A DNA stretch of 63,522 nucleotides, the filler included, from Octopus bimaculoides (Eukaryota): the NCBI RefSeq assembly GCF_001194135.2. It is 5 parts of 4 records of this genome, joined end to end, with 100 filler letters (N's around TTAATTAATTAA, not from the genome) between each part and the next. Parts side by side here need not be neighbours in the genome. Positions count along the whole stretch, not along the records: positions 39,088 to 54,085 come from NC_068983.1; positions 54,186 to 63,522 come from NC_068989.1; 3 more parts are not named here. The stretch is one strand, 5' to 3'. The notes under the pieces are model-generated. The model ran no database searches. It saw only the letters and a list, made by a program, of their open reading frames with translations, and was not told the DNA's origin. A program made the position numbers and the translations under genes. This document shows positions 53,521 to 63,522 of this stretch, one piece after another (the stretch's first letter is position 1; the number at the start of each line of letters is the position of its first letter).

Positions 53521-53860
53521 GAATGCCTGAGCAATTCTGTTATGGTCAGCTTGTAAATTCACAGCGTAATGTAGGCTGGCTACTTCTACAGTATAATGAG
53601 AAAATAAATGATAGTTTCAAACGCCTAAGTATTAGGAAAATGATTGTTGAGGATTATACGAGAAACCGTGCAAACTGGAGTAGAAATTGCTTTTTCCAGC
53701 TTCAGAATTTCGAAACCCAAAGGGTAGAACATGAAGAGCAGTTATGGGAAAACAGGAAAAGAAACCAACACAACAGCCTTCCCGCAAACCACCATTGTCC
53801 ACTTTGTGATTTCTCAGCTAGATCACGTGCTGTTTTAATAAGTCATGCTCATATCCTTAT
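53521..53860 (+). mobile_element. RTE-clade LINE 3' end with C-terminal C2H2-type zinc finger
   Basis: MPEQFCYGQLVNSQRNVGWLLLQYNEKINDSFKRLSI...NRANWS...FETQR...RKRN...HCPLCDFSARSRAVLISHAH matches the RTE/BovB pattern PK...YGEL..G.R..GRP..RYKD.LK...W...A.DR..W.....FE..R...CP.C...C.SR.GL.SH.R.H. Confidence 0.82.
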
Positions 53861-54030
53861 TGGTTTTTGGTGGCCTGAGGATTCACATGAGGAGTCTCCA
53901 GGTGAAGTGAATGACTCGTAAACATTGATGAATACTAGTAAGAGTCATGTGAGTGTGTTGCTGCCTGTCTATTTGGTTGGATCCTTTTCTTGTTTTCCCG
54001 CTTCATCCAGAGTCCATTATATATCTATAG

Positions 54031-54085
<55 letters not shown>

Positions 54086-54185
54086 NNNNNNNNNNNNNNN
54101 NNNNNNNNNNNNNNNNNNNNNNNNNNNNNTTAATTAATTAANNNNNNNNNNNNNNNNNNNNNNNNNNNNNNNNNNNNNNNNNNNN
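54086..54185. other. Artificial scaffold join (linker at 54130-54141)
   Basis: Same 44N/12-mer/44N structure. Confidence 0.95.
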
Positions 54186-54229
54186 ACACACACACACACA
54201 CACAGATACAGAAACGCACCCTCACATAT

Positions 54230-54390
54230 TTATATATATATATACGACAGGCTTCTTTCAGTTTCCGTCCACCAAATCCACTCACAAGGCCCGAGGCTAT
54301 AAGAGGAGACACTTGCCCAATGTGCCACGCAGTGGGCCTGAATCCGGAACCATGTGGTCGGGAAGCAAGGTTCTTACCACACACCTACGT
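54230..54390 (-). mobile_element. SINE family A head
   Basis: gacaggcttctttcagtttccgtccaccaaatccactcacaaggc...gacacttgcccaatgtgccacgcagtggg...ggaaccatgtggtcgggaagcaag. Confidence 0.85.
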
Positions 54391-54544
54391 CTGATGTTTG
54401 TATATGTATATAAAACCAAAATAAAATTAAAATATTTATCTCTCTCATGGTATCATGTACTCTTTCGTCCGACAATCAACAATAAACGCATATGTATGTG
54501 TATGTATGTATATATATATATANNNNNNNNNNTTCCTGTTTCTT

Positions 54545-54655
54545 GAGTAACGCTGCGATGGACTGGCGTCCCTTCCAGCTGGCGGGGAGGGGGGGGACAC
54601 ATACACCATAGAAACCGGGCCCATGAGCCTGGTTTAGGCTTTAAAAGGGCGCATA
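54545..54655 (+). mobile_element. SINE 3' part with a V-domain-like motif
   Basis: gctgcgatggactggcgtcccttccag resembles the GCGATGGACTGGCGACCTGTCCAG motif of V-SINEs (recalled, not aligned). Confidence 0.4.
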
Positions 54656-54900
54656 CATAAAATAAAATATATATATTTATCTAAGTATGTACGTCAGTGT
54701 GTGTGGATGCACACACATACACACACAAACGCACAAACACACACATACACACACACACACAATGTAACATTTTAGAAATTTGAGCATTAAAATTCATCGT
54801 TAAACTCTTTTGTACTTATAACTGATTTATGTCCCACTTATTTGTGTATCATATATACATACATGTTTATGAAAGTATACATAAACATATCTCCCCCACC

Positions 54901-54964
<64 letters not shown>

Positions 54965-56164
54965 ATGTATGTATGTATTCATCGAATGTACTACCCCCAC
55001 CTTCATCGCATATGTATGATTTCATGAAAGCTAACTATCTAAGTTGATTAACGGAGTAATAGCAAATTACATCCGGGTATGATTTCAAAATCATTTACCC
55101 TACTAATCTGATCGTTATCTCGGCTAACGGGGAAAGCGGATATCTTAACGCCGATAAGAAACTATATGTTAATNNNNNNNNNNNNNNNNNNNNNNNNNNN
55201 NNNNNNNNNNNNNNNNNNNNNNNNNNNNNNNNNNNNNNNNNNNNNNNNNNNNNNNNNNNNNNNNNNNNNNNNNNNNNNNNNNNNNNNNNNNNNNNNNNNN
55301 NNNNNNNNNNNNNNNNNNNNNNNNNNNNNNNNNNNNNNNNNNNNNNNNNNNNNNNNNNNNNNNNNNNNNNNNNNNNNNNNNNNNNNNNNNNNNNNNNNNN
55401 NNNNNNNNNNNNNNNNNNNNNNNNNNNNNNNNNNNNNNNNNNNNNNNNNNNNNNNNNNNNNNNNNNNNNNNNNNNNNNNNNNNNNNNNNNNNNNNNNNNN
55501 NNNNNNNNNNNNNNNNNNNNNNNNNNNNNNNNNNNNNNNNNNNNNNNNNNNNNNNNNNNNNNNNNNNNNNNNNNNNNNNNNNNNNNNNNNNNNNNNNNNN
55601 NNNNNNNNNNNNNNNNNNNNNNNNNNNNNNNNNNNNNNNNNNNNNNNNNNNNNNNNNNNNNNNNNNNNNNNNNNNNNNNNNNNNNNNNNNNNNNNNNNNN
55701 NNNNNNNNNNNNNNNNNNNNNNNNNNNNNNNNNNNNNNNNNNNNNNNNNNNNNNNNNNNNNNNNNNNNNNNNNNNNNNNNNNNNNNNNNNNNNNNNNNNN
55801 NNNNNNNNNNNNNNNNNNNNNNNNNNNNNNNNNNNNNNNNNNNNNNNNNNNNNNNNNNNNNNNNNNNNNNNNNNNNNNNNNNNNNNNNNNNNNNNNNNNN
55901 NNNNNNNNNNNNNNNNNNNNNNNNNNNNNNNNNNNNNNNNNNNNNNNNNNNNNNNNNNNNNNNNNNNNNNNNNNNNNNNNNNNNNNNNNNNNNNNNNNNN
56001 NNNNNNNNNNNNNNNNNNNNNNNNNNNNNNNNNNNNNNNNNNNNNNNNNNNNNNNNNNNNNNNNNNNNNNNNNNNNNNNNNNNNNNNNNNNNNNNNNNNN
56101 NNNNNNNNNNNNNNNNNNNNNNNNNNNNNNNNNNNNNNNNNNNNNNNNNNNNNNNNNNNNNNNN

Positions 56165-56199
<35 letters not shown>

Positions 56200-56202
<3 letters not shown>

Positions 56203-56740
56203 GTATTGCAAGAAATAAGAATTAGAACCCTTAATGTTGCATGAAGCGCACAATATATATATACACTGACAGGGGAGATAACCACGCCATGAGAGACGCA
56301 AGAAGCACTAGACTAGAATAATTTCGTCTACCAGTCTAACCGATGTGGTGAGTTTTGTCTTTTATTTCTTGCAATATAGATGCTATTCAGCACCCTCACT
56401 CACAATTAAGTCCTTTATGGCTTTATATTAGATCTATTATTGATTTATAATATATTTATTAGCATTTCACTAAACCAGCCGTAAATTTATATGTTAAATA
56501 TATATACTGACCGATCGATCTAGTCAAGCTACCCGAGCAATGGTGTAGGCACTACTGACGTGTCTACAGCTGATGGACGAAACTAGTCTAGTCCAATGCT
56601 CTTATCTTCGCTCATAGGACAGTTATTTCTCCTGTCAGTGTATATACACATTGTGCGTTTCAAGAAGCATTAAGGATTTTAACTCTTATATCTTGCAATA
56701 TAGGTACTATTCAGTACCCTCAGTAACAATTAGTGACATA
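56200..56740. mobile_element. Hammerhead-bearing element (plus, 56550-56740) with an inverted partial copy (minus, 56200-56345)
   Basis: The reverse complement of 56200-56335 aligns with 56570-56705. 56365-56410 is a further direct copy of 56685-56735. Confidence 0.7.
56551..56592 (+). ncRNA. Minimal type I hammerhead ribozyme, ACUAGU-palindrome family
   Basis: ACUA CUGACGU GUCUA cagcuga UGGAC GAAAC UA GUC UAGU: 4-bp stem I, 5-bp stem II, palindromic helix III, GUC site. Core position 9 is U instead of A. Confidence 0.6.
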
Positions 56741-56780
56741 TAAATATGTATATGTGTTTATATATATATATATATATATA

Positions 56781-56985
56781 TGACGGGTAAATACCTAAAA
56801 ACCCGGGTCCCGTGCGTATCACGTCAGGTCGAAGATGAGAAGGGTGGCTTCCCTTTGCAAATACTGATAGGGCACAGAAAGTGTGTCAATAGCCAGCTGT
56901 AGGAGGTGTCCTCCTGGGGCTACAAGCTACAGTAGCATCCACCCTTAGTGGTTAGCCACATTTAAGTGGCAAATATACTTCACGT
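56781..56985 (+). mobile_element. Hammerhead-headed ~200-nt element, copy 1 (5' core lost into (TA)n)
   Basis: gacgggtaaatacctaaaaacccgggtcccgtgcgtatcacgtcagg...gcaaatactga...cacagaa.gtgtgtc...cctggggctac...gtagca aligns with 62990-63180. Confidence 0.7.
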
Positions 56986-57992
56986 TATATATATATCATG
57001 TAATACATGTCGTACTAGAGCAGGAAAAAACTTAAACAACCACTGAAACACCTCTCAAGATAGCTTCATCTCACTGGAGGAACTATTTAGAAGTCATATA
57101 CAGAGTACTGATTTTCAATTACACACTCTCCAGTTTCCATCATTATATAAATACATTAGTGAATATTGCCTGAATTTTAAAAGATTTAGAGTGAGATATT
57201 GGAGATACTAATTCACTTTTTCTTCAAATTCTTCAGTTCGAGGTAAAAGAGCAACACCTATGATCTTTTCACGGACTTCGCGATTGGTGCCAGGAAGTGG
57301 GGAGGTTATTCTTAAGACAGAAACCTAACTGGAATGCTTACGACAGAATGGACTCTGTTAAATGCCCTAAAAGGGCAGGTTATATTGTGAAACCGGGAGA
57401 CACAAATATATTCCAAAAACAGAAAAAAAATTATCTAGCTATAGAAACAAAATGGAAATAAGCACAAAGCCACGAAGAGGTCACTGAAGTCCGTCTTGAT
57501 TCAAATAAATCAAGTTCTTAACTTGTAAGAAACGAACGAAAGAAAATCAAATGAACCTTTCTAAATCCTATAGACGCACACAATACCGTTGACCCTTTGG
57601 CATCCAGTGTTTACATTTAATGTAACTGCTGTCCTACAGGACCATGGTGGATCAGCAGTTAGCATGCGTATAGAACAAGAGCAATAAACATAAAGATTGG
57701 TACAAGAATTTCTGCATTTAAAATTCAATAATGAATGAGGTACAAAACGTTTGATATTACGACGAACAGTTTATGTTTTGATTCAAAAAAAATTTATTTT
57801 TTAATTAAGATAAAAATATAGATTTGAAAGAAGCTCTTGCTAAAAAAGTTGTAGTTTTGCCTTTAGCACATGGCATGAGTACACACATAAACACATATAA
57901 AGGAGACAGGGTGAGAGAGACAGATAGACCAATAGTAAATGGTATAATACATCAAGATAAGCGTTTGTGTTTGTGTTTATTTATATGTGTAC

Positions 57993-58050
<58 letters not shown>

Positions 58051-58203
58051 NNNNNNNNNNNNNNNNNNNNNNNNNNNNNNNNNNNNNNNNNNNNNNNNNN
58101 NNNNNNNNNNNNNNNNNNNNNNNNNNNNNNNNNNNNNNNNNNNNNNNNNNNNNNNNNNNNNNNNNNNNNNNNNNNNNNNNNNNNNNNNNNNNNNNNNNNN
58201 NNN

Positions 58204-58255
<52 letters not shown>

Positions 58256-58769
58256 TACACACTCATATACACACACATACTCGCATATATATACACATAG
58301 GCACACGCATGTATATATTTCTAGTCTCATATGCAGTTCTTTGCTACGCAGCCACCACACAACCTTGCGAACTGCGTCGCCAGTTTTTGTCCTTGATCTA
58401 AAGGCAAAACAAGATGGAGCCAACACTTCCCTTACCCACCATTTTTTTTTATGTTCTCCTTTGTGAGTTTCTAAATGCAATGCAACCGTGTATATTCTAT
58501 AGTAAGACTTGCTTATTCTTTGCGGAATAGTTTAGGTGTTTCAAGCACGTTTGAATGATTGTTTCCTGAAAATGTCAAGACAAAATGTCGCCCATCTGAT
58601 AAAAGTAAAGAAGATTGTTGTGGTTGTGATTGTTGTTGTTGTTATTTAACCCCAGGCCAGTTATAATCGACTAGACTTGTAATCAAATCACAATCGTTTC
58701 TGCTATGACCACTCCGTGTTTTTGTTATTTATTGGATCAAAGAAGGTGACATTCAATGTATCCTACAAT

Positions 58770-58935
58770 TCGTCTTTATGCTCTGAGTTCAAATCCCGTC
58801 GAGATCGACTTTGCCTTTCCTCCTTTCGGGCTCGATGAAATAAGTGTCTATTGAACACTAGTCGATATAATCGACTTAACCCCTCTCCCCCACCCCCAAA
58901 AAACTGCTGGCCTTGCACCAAAATTTGAAAACAAT
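58770..58935 (+). mobile_element. SINE family B
   Basis: ctgagttcaaatcccgtcgagatcgactttgcctttcctcctttcgggctcgatgaaataag...ggccttgcaccaaaatttgaaa. Confidence 0.8.
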
Positions 58936-59200
58936 GTATCCTACATCTTTTGGAAAAATAAAGATAAACAAAAGGCAGAAGGTTGTGATTTGGGGTACAC
59001 GGTGAGGAATTAGCTGCTATTACTAGCATATTCAAGGAACATGTAATGGACCTCTTACTTGTCCTTGATGCTTCAGATGTTGCTTCTGGTTTTTTGATAT
59101 AGTCATGTTGAACAAATCAGGTTTAGGTATCTGCGGCGGGAATAGCAAACCAAATGCATGATTTATAGATAATATAAGCAGCAGCTTTATTCTTCTTACA

Positions 59201-59520
59201 AGTACCCTTGCCTCAGTAAATTACTGGTATTTAAACCATTCCATCTTTTTTTTTTAGTATTTCGAGGTACTTTTAGCTCAGTAAATTACAGGTACTTAAA
59301 CTAGTCATTGTTATTCATAATTGATGTACCTTTATGCCATTACATTACGGGTACTTAAGATATTCATTTTATTTAAAATATCAATTTTATTTGAGTTCTC
59401 TTCCTCAGTGCCAAGTATTTTTACTCAAATTATTCCCTTGTTTTTGTTTCTACTTTGAAGTACCCTTTGCTCAGTTGATCACGGGTAGTTAAAATATTCA
59501 TATTTGTTATTATTTGAAGT
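59201..59520. repeat. Array of ~36-bp partly palindromic repeats separated by 23-34-nt AT-rich spacers
   Basis: Units at 59201-59236, 59266-59301, 59325-59360, degenerate ~59394-59424 and 59459-59494. Consensus approx. aGTACCcttTgCTCAGTaaATTACgGGTACTTAAa. Confidence 0.8.
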
Positions 59521-60027
59521 ACAATAACAGTATCTCAAAGTAAATGTTACAGTCCTAACACTGTAGCAATCCTGGGGCACCGCTTTGCAGGGTTTTAGAC
59601 TAACAAATCTACCCCGGTACTTTTTTCGCCAGGCACTTAGTCTGTCGGCCTCTTTTGCCAAGCAGTTAGGTTACGAAGACTTAAACAAGACAACACCTGA
59701 TGTCAAGAGATATTGAGTCATAAACACAAATATAGACACACTAATATATGTATATATATATATATTCTTATTCCCATACTCGGCAACCCCTGTCGCCTAG
59801 CGTGAAATAGAAAACAAAAGTTTTTCAGTTTATCGTACTTCGATACAGAACAATCCACAACCTTCCGTCTCAGTAAACCACTATAGTCCCTAAAAGTTGT
59901 GTTTTTATTTACTACAGGTTGCTTGAAGCTTTCTTCCTACACCTCGATTCTTGGATCTTATATATATATATATATATATNNNNNNNNNNNNNNNNNNNNN
60001 NNNNNNNNNNNNNNNNNNNNNNNNNNN

Positions 60028-60087
<60 letters not shown>

Positions 60088-60368
60088 AACTTATTTGGAA
60101 AAGGATGCGTAGCGTTCGATCATATAATAATATATAAATATATGCATATATACATACATATATGTACATACCTACATATATATGCATATATACATGCATA
60201 TATGGGTACAGAACATCAAGAAAACGTTAAACACAATGAGAAATGAAAACATAAAAACGAAAACAGAAAACGAATTTCTTTTGGAAAAAAGAAAATAACA
60301 GAGAAACGAGATGTACATATATGTATGTATATATGCATATATTTATATATTATTTATTATATATAAGT

Positions 60369-60414
<46 letters not shown>

Positions 60415-60497
60415 NNNNNNNNNNNNNNNNNNNNNNNNNNNNNNNNNNNNNNNNNNNNNNNNNNNNNNNNNNNNNNNNNNNNNNNNNNNNNNNNNNN

Positions 60498-60546
<49 letters not shown>

Positions 60547-60739
60547 GTAAGCATGTATGTATGTATATATGTATACATATGTATATGTATGAAGCTATGT
60601 ATGTGTATATAAATGTATATATACAGAGAGATACAGATTGATACATACACATATATATACATATTTGTCATATATGTGTGTGTGTGTCTGTGCGTGTGTG
60701 TGTCTGTGCGTGTGTGTGTCTGTGCGTGTGTGTGTCTGT

Positions 60740-60960
60740 GCGTGTGCGTGCCCGCCTCTATAGGTTCTCGCTTGAAAATTGAGATTGTTTTTTTTTATGT
60801 CCCTGTAACATTGGCGATTCGGCAAAAATTACCGATAGAATAAATACTTCATATCAAAAAAAAGAAAACAAAAAAACTATTGGGATCGATTTATTGACTA
60901 AACCCTTCAAGACGATGTCCCAGAATGGCTGCAGTCCAATGAGCAAAGCAAGTAAATACT
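60740..60960 (+). mobile_element. SINE family A 3' half, decayed
   Basis: gtccctgtaacattggcgattcggcaaaaattaccgatagaataaatac...gcagtccaatgagcaaagcaagtaaa. Confidence 0.7.
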
Positions 60961-61319
60961 AAACGATTTGAGAGATATACCATTATGGAAACTTTACCAT
61001 TCTACCATTCAACACCAGCTGCTAGGTAGTGGGTGATGAAAACTAACGCAAATCTCATACTTAAAAATTTATACATTTGTCAACATCGCCAAGAATTCTA
61101 TTACAGAACAGTAAAAGTTATAAAAACTGAAATTCCTTTCATCTCAATAGCAGACCATTTGATGTTTTTTAAAAAAAAACAAGATAAAATTTCGATGACG
61201 CAATTTCGGGTTTCATTGAAAGTAAATTAAATATGGCCAACGAAATAAAAGAAAAATAATGAGATTTAAATTATAGTCGACTCCCAAACAAACATGCTAA
61301 TTAATTATGTTTGTTTGGA

Positions 61320-61503
61320 CTCTCACTCTCTAACGCTTATACACACACATACAGACACACTTACATACACAAACAGACATACACACACATACACAGACAC
61401 AGATACACACATAAACACACACACTCAAAAACACAAAGTGTGTATGCATATATATGCATGTCTAAACATGTCTCTCTATTTCTCTCTCAATATATATACA
61501 TAC

Positions 61504-61556
<53 letters not shown>

Positions 61557-61667
61557 TATATATATATATATACACACACACATATATATACACATATATA
61601 TATATATACATATACATACATACATACATATATATATATGTATATATATATATACATACACACACAC

Positions 61668-61721
<54 letters not shown>

Positions 61722-61890
61722 GTATATAACACACTTTGTGTGTACATATATGTATATATATATAAATATAAATATATATATATTCGCATGTTTATGTCTA
61801 CATATGTATGAGTCTATATAAATAAATAAATGAATGTGTGTGTCTATGTGCGTGTATGCATGTATGCGTGCATGTGTGTGTGTGCGTTTT
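61320..61890. repeat. Compound (CA)n/(TA)n/(TACA)n microsatellite field
   Basis: Direct inspection. Confidence 0.9.
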
Positions 61891-62124
61891 GCGTTCGTCT
61901 CGCAAGAGACTTGATCTGAGACCATGTGTTGAAATTGTATCATTCATATAGCGAAAGTCATTTCATTCATCTAATGACATTTAAAACTTATAAAGTTCAC
62001 TTTTCCTAATATTTGTTGAAATGTCTAATTTTTCGTGGCACCACTGCATCGTTTTCACTGCCTCAAATGATATTTACGTCTTTTGTTTTGTTTTCCTCCA
62101 TTGCATATATTGTTACATGTACGT

Positions 62125-62270
62125 AACTGTGTGGTAAGAAGTTCTCTTCTCTTCTCAACCACATGGTTCCGGGTTCAATCCAACTGCGTGGCTCCTTGGA
62201 TAATTGTTTTCTACTATTGCCTCGGTCCAAGCAAAATCTTATGAGTGGATTTGGTTGACAGAAATATATA
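62125..62270 (+). mobile_element. SINE family A head (a second partial head at 62745-62830)
   Basis: ctgtgtggtaagaag...aaccacatggttccgggttcaatccaactgcgtgg...gtgagtggatttgg. Confidence 0.8.
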
Positions 62271-62833
62271 TTAGATGGCGATTGTATTTTACTACTGTAT
62301 CAGTTGCGTACACCGAATTGCTTATACCAATCGGTGGGTGCACGCAGCGCAGGGAACATATCATTCCCTGTTTCCCAGATCCCAGGCGACAAACTCCTCT
62401 AAGCACGTGACTGGCGGCGAGTACATGTGATTGAGAAAGTCCAACAGGACCGATGTGCACCGGGCGTTCTTGTTAGCAAATGTCGGTACGATTTGCTATA
62501 TTCATCTACTTCCGATTTACATTTTTTAAATTTTTGTTTTAAGCAACACGCGTTCATGTGAGATTTTTATCTCGGGTAAAAATCGAAGGAACTTGCCAGT
62601 GTACGATTTAACTCAGGGGTTCTCAGTCATTTTCCCGTGAACCCCTTTGATTCCTATTTTACTTTGATGGGCCCCTAAAGCCATTCGATGTTCAAAAAAG
62701 TTCTATTGTATTTTTATAATTATATAGGCGGAGGCGTGGCATCTTGGGAAGGTGTCTTCTACTATAGCCTCGGCGTGACCCAAAGCCTTGTGAGTGGATT
62801 TGGTAGACGGAAGCTGAAAGAAGCCCATCGTGT

Positions 62834-62887
<54 letters not shown>

Positions 62888-62979
62888 TCTCTGAGCGAGA
62901 TATAAACAGTAGCAATAAAGAATCGTAACATAAAATTGTCAAACGAGTGAAGTGAGTTTTCCTCACTAGCTGGTGATTA

Positions 62980-63026
62980 ACACACGCTGAAGACGGGTAA
63001 CCACTCAGAAACTCGAGTCCGTGTGT
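62980..63026 (+). ncRNA. Type I hammerhead ribozyme with intact catalytic core
   Basis: ACACACG CUGAAGA CGGGU AACC ACUCA GAAAC UCGA GUC CGUGUGU: 7-bp stem I, canonical CUGANGA and GAAA, palindromic ACUCGAGU helix III, GUC site (cleavage predicted after 63019). Stem II has a terminal C-A mismatch. Confidence 0.78.
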
Positions 63027-63177
63027 ATCACGTAAGGCTAGAGATGGGAGCGATAATCTCCCCTCGCAAATACTAATTGGACACAGAATGTGTGTCGTTA
63101 GACAGCTAGAAAAGACGTCTTCCTGGTGCTATATACGTCAGTAGCACTGCCCGTGTAGGGCCCCACATTTGGTTGGC

Positions 63178-63180
<3 letters not shown>
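62980..63180 (+). mobile_element. Hammerhead-headed ~200-nt element, copy 2, ending in (TA)n
   Basis: Homologous to 56781-56985, with no ORF. Confidence 0.7.
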
Positions 63181-63222
<42 letters not shown>

Positions 63223-63325
63223 CGTATATATATAATACAGTTCTATATTTAAGGGATGAGGAATTATTTACATTATTTACATTATTTACATTTGACGGAT
63301 ATTCGTCCTCATCTTGTTTGTTGTT

Positions 63326-63371
63326 AACACAACGTTTCGGCTGATATACCCTCCAGCCTTCGTCAGGTGTC
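63326..63371 (-). ncRNA. Minimal type I hammerhead ribozyme with intact core, within a PLE-tail-like element (63240-63410)
   Basis: Minus strand GACAC CUGACGA A GGCUGG AGGGUAUA UCAGCC GAAAC GUU GUGUU: 5-bp stem I, 6-bp stem II, palindromic AACGUU, GUU site (cleavage predicted between 63331 and 63330). Confidence 0.82.
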
Positions 63372-63414
63372 TTGGGGAAATTTCGAACCTGGGTTCTCAT
63401 TCCTATCGATGTTA

Positions 63415-63522
63415 CTATTATTATTATTATATTATTATTATAATTATTATATTATTATTATAATTATTATTACTATTATTAATCAGGTCGCTGCCGTGAA
63501 TCGAACTCGGAACCTTGGGGTT
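63415..63522 (-). mobile_element. tRNA-derived SINE-like fragment with (AAT)n tail, cut by the window end
   Basis: Minus strand aacccaaggttccgagttcgattcacggcagcgacctgattaataat... carries a B-box-like GAGTTCGATT. Confidence 0.55.

Noticed and set aside
55108-55173. Hammerhead-like CUGAUCG…stem…GAAACUAUAUGUU
   Set aside because: Core positions 8-9 are wrong and stem I cannot be evaluated because the sequence runs into a gap.
57370-57610. Highly degenerate non-LTR RT remnant (CKKR..NLS…ID…TV-like)
   Set aside because: The resemblance needs several frameshifts and cannot be supported without an HMM search.
59201-59520. CRISPR array
   Set aside because: Repeats are too divergent, spacers are related to each other, there are no cas genes and the context is animal. 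Kept only as an unexplained repeat.
62614-62700. Complete hAT MITE starting CAGGGGTTCTCA
   Set aside because: Only one terminus is visible, with no partner TIR or 8-bp TSD.

Overview
AT-rich, microsatellite-dense animal genomic DNA from a gapped draft assembly, most likely an octopod cephalopod (inferred from the SINE/LINE families, not shown directly). The window is not one contiguous locus. Four identical 100-bp joins (44 N + TTAATTAATTAA + 44 N) split it into five segments: 1-11810, 11911-28518, 28619-38987, 39088-54085 and 54186-63522. The only host gene I can support is a neurexin-1-like gene: two minus-strand exons (20342-20488, 16112-16272) splice in frame to give most of LNS domain 2. 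Neither exon appears in the supplied ORF track. They end exactly at the position of vertebrate splice site 2 and carry a GRGDS loop. The gene lies in a strongly CpG-depleted domain (~12.0-26.2 kb) where SINE copies show systematic CpG>TpG decay, a sequence record of germline gene-body methylation. The rest is mobile DNA: tRNA-derived SINEs, RTE LINE fragments and at least four Penelope-like GIY-YIG fragments. There is also an unusually diverse set of short, non-coding, (TA)n-associated elements carrying minimal type I hammerhead ribozymes with palindromic helix III (at least five families, one with compensatory covariation). The hammerhead elements, the neurexin features and the methylation boundary most merit follow-up. 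Almost all long ORFs in the track are artefacts of N-gaps and simple repeats. No bacterial-type system or true CRISPR array is present. All folds, alignments and CpG counts were done by eye.
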